Assembly: GCA_048013815.1 (NCBI GenBank)
Contig: CM106585.1
Span: 7,812,001 to 7,876,000, forward strand
DNA from: Setoptus koraiensis
Taxonomy: Eukaryota > Animalia > Arthropoda
Length of the DNA stretch: 64,000 nt
Reading direction: 5' to 3'
Notes under the pieces: generated by a model
What the model saw: only the letters and a program-made list of their open reading frames with translations
Databases searched by the model: none
Told to the model about the DNA's origin: nothing
In this document: positions 55,811 to 64,000 of the stretch, piece after piece
Position numbering within the stretch: the stretch's first letter is position 1
How the letters are laid out: each line of letters begins with the position of its first letter
Made by a program: the position numbers and the translations under genes

Positions 55811-56018
55811 TCCTCACAAATTCGACCTAGTCAAATCTCCATAGGATTGCATACGAAATATTTTCGAGTAAAGCGATAATAGACCAAGTCAAATCTACAT
55901 CGGAATACATGTGTAATATCTAGCAGGATTCTCACAAATTTGACTAAGTCAAACCTCCATAGGATTACATAGTCACGTGAATAAACCTAGTCATCATCAC
56001 CACCCCAATAGCAGCTTA

Positions 56019-56518
56019 NNNNNNNNNNNNNNNNNNNNNNNNNNNNNNNNNNNNNNNNNNNNNNNNNNNNNNNNNNNNNNNNNNNNNNNNNNNNNNNNNN
56101 NNNNNNNNNNNNNNNNNNNNNNNNNNNNNNNNNNNNNNNNNNNNNNNNNNNNNNNNNNNNNNNNNNNNNNNNNNNNNNNNNNNNNNNNNNNNNNNNNNNN
56201 NNNNNNNNNNNNNNNNNNNNNNNNNNNNNNNNNNNNNNNNNNNNNNNNNNNNNNNNNNNNNNNNNNNNNNNNNNNNNNNNNNNNNNNNNNNNNNNNNNNN
56301 NNNNNNNNNNNNNNNNNNNNNNNNNNNNNNNNNNNNNNNNNNNNNNNNNNNNNNNNNNNNNNNNNNNNNNNNNNNNNNNNNNNNNNNNNNNNNNNNNNNN
56401 NNNNNNNNNNNNNNNNNNNNNNNNNNNNNNNNNNNNNNNNNNNNNNNNNNNNNNNNNNNNNNNNNNNNNNNNNNNNNNNNNNNNNNNNNNNNNNNNNNNN
56501 NNNNNNNNNNNNNNNNNN
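56019..56518. other. Assembly gap (500 N)
   Basis: Run of N; the ORFs spanning it are artefacts. Confidence 1.
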
Positions 56519-56949
56519 GTTTTCGCAGCATTGGAAATATCCGGATGTCTCAGTCCATGTGAATACTGGAATTTCTGAACATGTTCTCACCTTGAGACTC
56601 TCGTGAAAATTTGCACAGAACATCTCATCCATTTGAAATTGTTCCTGTTTCTCTCTGCATTCTTCGCTCTGTCTTTTCTACCCATCGTCATCAGATTATT
56701 CTTCTCGTTGGGATCTGTCCATACTATTGCACTATGTCCAATTATTAAATATCCTAGTTATCTACAAATCATCTCCCTGTGTATATTATAACGATTGTTT
56801 GCATCCATTCTCCTGCTACGCTCAATTCATCTGGTAAACATCTCATCCTCAGATATAATATTCATCCAATGTTTAGATCACACGCAACCTTCTTTGTGTG
56901 GTAATCATTCATATTCAGTTACAACTTCTGTCTCCCAGTTTGACCGTTA

Positions 56950-57540
56950 CTGTGCTACTCACGCCTAGCACTACTAGGAGTATCATCATTACTAGTCATA
57001 TCGATTAGTTTCTACTGTGCTGTAATCTTCTAGTTACAACGCTACAAGCTTCCCGTGCGCCAAGTCTGAATTGTACGCCGCTTGGCTTCCTCTGTGCCGA
57101 ATTCATCTAGTTAGCATCGCAGCATTGAGCGTGTTACTCTCGTCTAGTTTTATCTTCATTAGCATCAACAGCGCTGAGAAGCAGTAGTCATTCTGAGTAG
57201 CTTCTACTGTTATACAATCTTCTAGTTCCAACACCTCTAGCTTCCAGTGCACTGAATCAGAATTGAAGACAGCTAGCCTTCTGCTGTGCTAAATTCATCT
57301 AGATAGCATCTCAGTATTGAGCGTGATACTCTCGTCTAGTTTTAACTACACTAGCATTAACAGTGCTGAGAAGCAGTAGTTATTCCGAATAGCTTCTACT
57401 GTTCTACAATCTTCTAATTCTGACGCCTCCAGCTTCCAGTGCACTGGATCCCGATTGTATACAGCTAGCCTTCCGCTGTGCTAAATTCATCTAGTGAGCA
57501 TCTTAGCATTGAGCGTGCTAATCGCGTCTAGTTAGTTTTC
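56950..57540. repeat. 192-bp satellite-like tandem repeat, ~3 units
   Basis: ATTGAGCGTG anchors at 57124, 57316 and 57508 (period 192). All three minus-strand frames of the unit I translated contain stops, and the ORF track shows no ORF here. Confidence 0.88.
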
Positions 57541-57936
57541 GCGCGCATAGCATTCTGTGTGCTAAATTTATCTAATCAACATTGTAAGCTTTGAAAGTCC
57601 TAAATTTATCTAGTTTATTTCTCATAGTACAGCTTACACCGTGCTATTTTTTTCTAGTTAAAAAAAGCACTGATTTGTTCTACCCACGTGAATAAACGTA
57701 TCTGCCAGAACCACCCAATAGCTACTTAATTAAAATTAAGCGCTGAAAATTGGACGAGCAAACAGTGGTCTAAATATCATTGATTGACATTAAAGACCAT
57801 CGATTCAAAGTATAGTTCCGAAGAAGAGAAAATAAAAGAAGTAGACAATCTCCGGAATTTCATGTCTATCTATTATGGTTACAACTAGAATATTCGTAAA
57901 CATTCGGCTGATCGAAAAGAAAATTCAGGTCAGTAG

Positions 57937-58031
57937 CTTCGGCCAGCATTCGTTACTTTGGCTAACATTACTAATTTTGGTTGGCATTCGTAATTTTGGC
58001 TAGCATTAGTGATTCTGGCTAGCATTCATAG
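57937..58031. repeat. 19-bp tandem repeat x5 (TTTGGCTAGCATT.GT.A)
   Basis: Five contiguous 19-nt units read directly. Confidence 0.85.
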
Positions 58032-58588
58032 TTTCAATGAATCTGCCAGAATCACATCAATAGCTACTTAATTGAAACTAAGCGCTAAAAATTTAATAAT
58101 ACAGAAGTATGGTCGAGAAAAATTAGATTTTTGGTATGAAATAGTGAGTATATCTATACCTACAGAAGATGAGATTAGGGACAGAAATTTATGTTTGTTG
58201 AAGAGTGCTCTCAAAAGAAGAATCATTCGACAGGAATGGAGAATTCTTCAGAAGGAAACGATGGACGACATAAAGAGACTCCAAAAGGTTTAGTTCCAAA
58301 GATTGTATCAAAAATTCGGGTATTCTATCTAATAGCGCCACACTCCGATTTTCATGAAATTTCACAGATGGAGCCCACAGGGCCCCCTGACAATACTTTG
58401 AGTGGTCCGGAAGTGCGGAAACTTCCGGTTCCGGTTTCGCAGAAAATTCAAGATACAAGCTTGAAACTCGATGTACAGCTTTTTATCGACGTGCAAACCA
58501 CAATGCTGCCGATTCCAGATCCACGCCACTTCTGGTTCTTTGGATATTCACCTAAAACCGTGATTTTGGGCATGTCCGGGCTGAAGCA

Positions 58589-59318
58589 GGGTATTCTATG
58601 GAATAGCGTCACACTCCGAATTTGATGAAACTTCACACCTGAGGCCCGAAGGACCTCCTGAGAACACTTATAATGGTCCGGACGTGCGGAAACTTCCGGT
58701 TCCGGTTTTACATAAACTTGCAGATACAGCTTAGAAACTTAACATAGAGCCTGATATGACTGTGATGACCAGGTTGAAGTTATTTTGATATCTGTTGGAC
58801 TTCCGGTTTTTGAGATAATGAGCGATCGTAATAGAATTCGGCAGTAGACAGTCTGTTGCACAACCTACTTTCGTGTATGGATTGCAGTCACGTGAGCGGA
58901 GGGTAGAGGGCGCAGCCCGATACCCGAAGCGCTCATCAACCCTACCCGAAGGGTTCCCGTCGCACGGAGTTGTCGCGGGAGCGACGACGGAGATGTGACG
59001 GCCTCCAGATTACGAGGCCGCAGGCCGAGTTCACAGACCCATCACAAGCTGAGCGAAGCTGAGGCCTATTTCTGCCATTCCTTGCTGTATTGGATGCAAC
59101 CTTGATGAGGTACCAAAAATTACCCCGAAAAAATACCCGCAAATCCCCAAGCGGCTGTCGGGTACCGTGAAACGCCCACTGAGCGGTACCTCGGTTATCT
59201 CGGGAACGAAGAATTTCCGCACTTCCGGAATACCCATTGCGGTATCAAGGTACAATACCCTACCCAAAAATACCCAAAATACCCCGAAAAAAGTGTGGCG
59301 CTATTAGATAGAATAACC
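58589..59318. mobile_element. ~730-bp MITE-like element of the GG(G/T)TATTCTAT/CCGGAAGTGCGGAAA family
   Basis: The ends gggtattctatggaatagcgtcacac and rc ggttattctatctaatagcgccacac are inverted. The whole element is similar, in opposite orientation, to 62744-63457. Confidence 0.7.
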
Positions 59319-59984
59319 AAAAATTCTCCAAAAATTCCGTCCTCGCATTAACAATAGACAATAGATCTGTTACTTTCTGTCACCTTAAGAATCAAATCAG
59401 TTATCTTGTCCGAATTGTCCTCAAGGAAATTAGTCTTTTGAAAGAACAAATAGAAAGTAGGCTAATCAAGGACAGAGCTAACTACTTCAATCGAAAACAC
59501 AGCAAAACTCATAGAAAATCCTGTATCTACGGACTCTGTGAGTCGCCCATTCGTTCAGAGGACGGAGATTCGTACTGCTGGTTCTCAGATGACATTAGAT
59601 ATATATATAGTCGAATTCCAATCGATCTGGATTGACTGGTCCCACTTCAAATTCAGGGCCGATTTCTCTTGATGGATATTTTGGTGCTTTGTTTTCGACG
59701 CAGACCGCTATGCAGTCATAGATACTTCAACACGGGAATCATATTTCAAAACTCCATAGGGTTAACATGTGTAATGTTTAGATACTTTAACACGGGAATT
59801 GAGAGACTCAAATCTCCATAGAGTTAACATGTGTAATGTTTAGATACTTCAACTAATTGAGAAATTCAACAATATGTAAACAAGCTACAGAGTCAGCTAT
59901 CTACACACGAGACTTGTAATCAACAAATTGTTAACGAGTAAAGGAGCCAGGTATCTACACATTGACCGAGGCCTACTTTTAGGG

Positions 59985-60336
59985 TGGCTCATTTATTGAT
60001 AGGACTCAGCCAGCCTACTTTAATTATGGATTGGCCGGCAGTTCGATTGCCCACGAAATTATGCATATGTTAGATGCAACCAATGTAAAGTTTATACAGG
60101 GGTGGGACCAAGGAGAATTTATAAATTATTCTAGAGCCACCGGATGTCTAGAACTCCAGTTCTCTAATTACGAAGAGAGAACTACAAAACTCAGCGTGAA
60201 CGGATCACGGACTCAAGACGAAAATTTACCCGATGTTGGTGGATTGGAGGCTACCTTCAGAGCTTATAATCAGATAACTTCGGACTACGCGCACGAATCC
60301 TTGGAACGCTATAGTCTCAATCAACTTTTTTTGTAG
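59985..60336 (+). pseudogene. Peptidase M13 (neprilysin-like) C-terminal fragment
   Basis: FIDRTQPAYFNYGLAGSSIAHEIMH (HExxH), NGSRTQDENLPDVGGLEATFRAY and YSLNQLFL. There is an upstream in-frame stop, no N-terminal domain, and a premature stop just before a repeat copy. Confidence 0.85.
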
Positions 60337-60714
60337 CGGCCGCTCAAGCAGAGTGTTCAACCTTAACACGTTCTCGCGAAGGGGCCCCCAAGTACGATCA
60401 TGATGGTCCGGAAGTGCGGAAATTCTCACTTCCGGAGATACATTCACATTGTTCCTGGTGTTCGAGTGTGTGACAATTACTAGGCTGAAGGTCGAGTCGA
60501 TGAAGATCGAAAGAGAGGCCAGTATAGATGGCAGGTTTTGTCACGAAGTAAATTAGTAAAAAGTTGGGATAAATCCCTCCATAATTTTTACAACAGCTGT
60601 TCAACAGCGCGCGTTCATTAGTCACGCCTCTTGATGTGAAAATTTTCGGTTTGAGGCCTTTCTGAGGCCCAAAAAATGAGCTTTTCCATAACTTTGGAAG
60701 TAAAAATTTCCGCT

Positions 60715-61065
60715 GGTTATAGTAACGAACAGCGACCACGCCCAATTTGGGTATTTTGGGTATTTTTGGGTAGGGTATTGTACCCTGATACCCGAACAGG
60801 TATTCTGGAAGTGCGGAAATTCTTCGTTACCGAGATACCCGAGGTACTGCATACTGGGTATATTAGGGTATTTGAAGGCATATTGAGGGTATAGTCGGCC
60901 GTACCTACCCGCTCGGACATCCGGTCAGATACTGAGGTCCTCACACCGAAGATCATTCCTAGAAGCCACAGGAAGCGAATAAAAGCGGTCAAACTGAAGA
61001 GGCGTGGCCAATGCGCGCGGCGCGGAGTGAAACTGCGCCCGCAGTTAGTGACACCACCCATAGAG
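60715..61065 (+). mobile_element. Repeat-family copy similar to 52810-53140
   Basis: Shares CCACGCCCAATTTGGGTATTTTGGG... through GCGCGCGGCGCGGAGTGAAACTGC.CCCGCA.TTAGT. Confidence 0.75.
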
Positions 61066-61117
61066 TCCTAGCACTACTGAGGATGATGAAAGTTGAATAA
61101 AGGCTGAGCCCTAACTT

Positions 61118-62070
61118 TTACGACGCCTTCGACCTCGCCGACCGCGCAGACTCGCAACTCCGCTCGTACTGACCCCTATTCCGATCTTTACCATGACCAA
61201 CTATTCGACTATTGAATGCGTTGTCACAGAAGAGACCCTTTCTTCTCATTATATCTTCAGCCTTTTCCCCATTGCTGTTCTTGATGTTGATGTCAGCACC
61301 ATTTCCTATTAGATAACGGACTACACTGAGATTCCCTTCGAAAGAAGCGGAATGTAGCGGAGTATTACCCAATCGATTCTGAGAATCAATATCAATGCCT
61401 TGATTTAATAGATAGGACACTATTCCAACATCACCTATTTTCGCGGCGTAATGTAAAACGGTATTACCAAGGCTTGCTCTAGACGCAACATCCGCTCCAT
61501 GCTCTACTAGATACTTCATCACCTCTAAACTTCCTTTTAGAGCGGCATAATAGATAGGTGTTCTTTTCAGGTGAGTGAGGGCATTTATTTCGAAACCACG
61601 CTTGAGTAGATACTTTATGACATCCACACTATTTCCTTCCGATCCGTGGTGCAGAGTTGTTACTTGATCTCGATTTGTAATATTAAATCAGCGCCTCGGC
61701 TGATCAAGTACCTCATAGCGAGAAGATGACCAGCACTCGTCGCATGTTGTAGCGGAGTTTTCCCTTCTTTAGCTATAGTATCGATTTCGGCACCTTTGTC
61801 GAGCGAATACTTCATATCTTTGATTCCTCCTCTACTATCTGCATAACGCACAATTGTCCTCCCATCATTGTCTTTAGCATGAGCATTAGCATTCTTAGAA
61901 ACCAGATACTTGATTACACTTAAGTATCCTTTCGATGCTGCTATATGAACTAGAGTTCCACCATCTTCACCAATAATGTTCACTTCGTAATCATGACCAA
62001 TTAACCACTTTCTGTCGCCATTTCTTATTGCATCAAGCAAACTACCATAAGTTCTTCCTTGCGCAAAGTC
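61118..62070 (-). pseudogene. Intronless multi-ankyrin-repeat gene split by a 1-nt frameshift, N-terminus missing
   Basis: Repeats GGTLVHIAASKG, GKTPLQHATSAG, RTPIYYAALKG, GNTVLHYAAKIG and GNTPLHSASFEG. Adding one A at ~61685 (GATTTAATATT to GAT TTA AAT ATT) fuses the two ORFs through GADLNITNRDQVTTLHHG. Confidence 0.85.
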
Positions 62071-62743
62071 TCAGCAATGTTAAACCCAACTCGGTGTAAA
62101 TTGTAGTCGAGTTTGAGAGTAAGATTTAGAACTTTGGGTGTTCTATCGAATAGTGACCAAGCCCGATTTCCATGAAACTTCACCCCTGGGCCCCGAAGAT
62201 GCCCCCAGAGACGTTTTCAGCGATCAGAAAGAGCGGAAATTTTTACTTCCGAAGTTATGGAAAAGCTCATTTTTTGGGCCTCACAAGGCAACCTAGTTAG
62301 GTGGTAGTGTCAGAAGGGGCTGGCTATGGCCTATCCGTTTTCGGCTCGTCGAGCTGAGCAAGAATACACTATTCCCATGCCCGTTTTTATTTGCCGACTT
62401 TTTGCAATATTTTACCAGATTTTTTCGACATAAATTTAGATGAATTTGTTGAAATTCAGCATAAAACAGACCCAAACTATAGCCCGGATGAAATGTCGAT
62501 AAATGAAAAACCCGATACAGTCGAAAAGATCAATTTCAATTTTGAAGGCAAGCCTCTCGACTGCGTAGAATGTGAAAACGTTTGGTTGGCAAATTTATTA
62601 TAGGCAAAACCAGGCAATAACGGACGACATATTGTTGGATAAATTAGGCAATGCTGAAAGGGCTCAACCGATAGACACCATATGGAAACTTCACACCGGA
62701 TGTTAACAAAACACTTGAATCACCGAATGTTAACAAAACACTT

Positions 62744-63457
62744 GGGTTATAGTCCTGAAGAGCGCCACACTTTTTTTGGGGTATCTTGGGTATTTTCGGG
62801 TAGGCTATAGTACCCTTATACCTAGATAGGTATTCCGGAAGTGCGGAAATTCCTGGTTCCCGAGATAACCGAGGTACCGCTCTATGGGCGTTTCTCGTTA
62901 CCCGACAGCCGCTTGGGGATTTGCGGGTATTTTTTCGGGGTAATTTTTGGTTCCTCGATGAAGTCGCGTCCAATACAGCAAGGAATAGTAGAAATAGGCC
63001 TTAGCTTCGCTCTGATTGTAATGGGTCCAAGAACTCGGCCTGCGGCCTCGTAATCTGGAGGCCGTCACATCTCCGTCGTCGCTCTCGCGACGACTCCGTG
63101 CGACGGGAACCCTTCGGGTAGGGTTGATGAGCGCTTCGGGTATCGGGCTACGCCCTCTACCCTCCGCTCAAGTGACTGCGATTCATTTACTACGGCGGGT
63201 TCATGTCCTACACGGAGATTTGTTCGAATATATTGAGAACCGGAAGCTGAATAATTCAGAAAATGATGTCAGTGTGCTCTTCATACTCTGATCCAGCTGT
63301 ATACCAAGTTTCAAGTCTGTATCTTGAATTTTATGTAAAACCGGAACCGGAAGTTTCCGCACTTCCGGACTAGCCAAACTGTTGTCAGGGGGCCCTACGG
63401 GCCCTATGTGTGAAGTTTCATCGTAATCGGAGTGTGACGCTATTATGCACTACACCC
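62744..63457. mobile_element. ~715-bp MITE-like element, inverted counterpart of 58589-59318
   Basis: 62760-63180 is closely similar to the reverse complement of 58885-59305. 63290-63450 matches the reverse complement of 58605-58745. Confidence 0.7.
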
Positions 63458-64000
63458 GACCTTTGGATTAGAAACTGAACTCTCTCATCCTATGCAACTC
63501 ACAAGTGAGTCTATCACCTGAATAGGTTTCCTTGTTAGTGACTTTCCAACCCCCATCCGAACACCAAACTAGACTTACTCAAGGTTCTCGAAATCTGTTT
63601 CAATGAGCCGCCAGGCGATATTGTTGTTGTCAATTACTTCGTCTGACGGCTGTATTCCAGGGTCTCGGAAGGGGGCTCCTTGATAACATCCTTTGTAATT
63701 TTTTCTTTGATCATGTTCTCTAGAAATACTATATAGTGGTAGGCTACTTTATCGACCATGGCCTTTGACAATGGCCGTTCTCCTTGCGGTTTAGGGAGGT
63801 GCTTTTTGAGGTCTTCCATTTTATATTATTCTTCTGTCGTCGTTGTTGTGGCCGATATTGACATATAAATAGACTGATTCAACCTCGTTAGTCTAGATCG
63901 ACTGACAAGGTAAACCTCTTTTTCGGAGGCACCCAGACAGAACAAACTATAGCTTTTCTGAACTCTCTAAAAGCTGAAAGGATACGCTATTCTTAAGCCC

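Noticed and set aside
55977-56632. ORFs of 171-211 aa spanning the N run
   Set aside because: Artefacts of the assembly gap.
52808-63053. Short ORFs such as MGYCSEHVPHPIWVFWVFLG, MGRVLYLDTAMG and MRKFLVPEITEV
   Set aside because: Translations of the non-coding GGGTATT repeat family; no transposase motifs.
63480-63819. BEL/Pao gag-like relic (KDVIKE...AWRLIENRF across frames)
   Set aside because: Only a few residues of similarity, requiring frameshifts; not supportable without an HMM search.

Overview
Eukaryotic genomic scaffold with one 500-N gap (56019-56518). It is from an arthropod, most likely a chelicerate/mite with a compact, intron-poor genome: it has a chelicerate-type Rebers-Riddiford cuticle protein, and PI4KA and TAO kinase are single exons. 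The taxon is an inference. Bases 1-51.6 kb are gene-dense: CASD1, a divergent tetraspanin, a TAO kinase plus a chimeric truncated duplicate, LSM11, a repeat-rich cuticle protein, PLCXD, hemomucin/APMAP, PI4KA, RRP36, Dispatched, a tandem array of UPF1-derived helicases and several orphan secreted or membrane proteins. Bases 51.6-64 kb are repeat-dense: a Tc1-like relic, MITE-like elements, minisatellites, and M13-peptidase and ankyrin pseudogenes. I found no rRNA, tRNA or CRISPR features. The three most notable observations are: (1) a UPF1-derived SF1B helicase whose CH domain is replaced by an F-box/LRR module, in a birth-and-death array with a CH-less paralog and two relics; (2) a signal-peptide-bearing protein with the layout of a plant KS-type dehydrin; (3) a ~4.2-kb tandem-duplication junction that created a TAO kinase-domain gene with an antisense-derived C-terminus.
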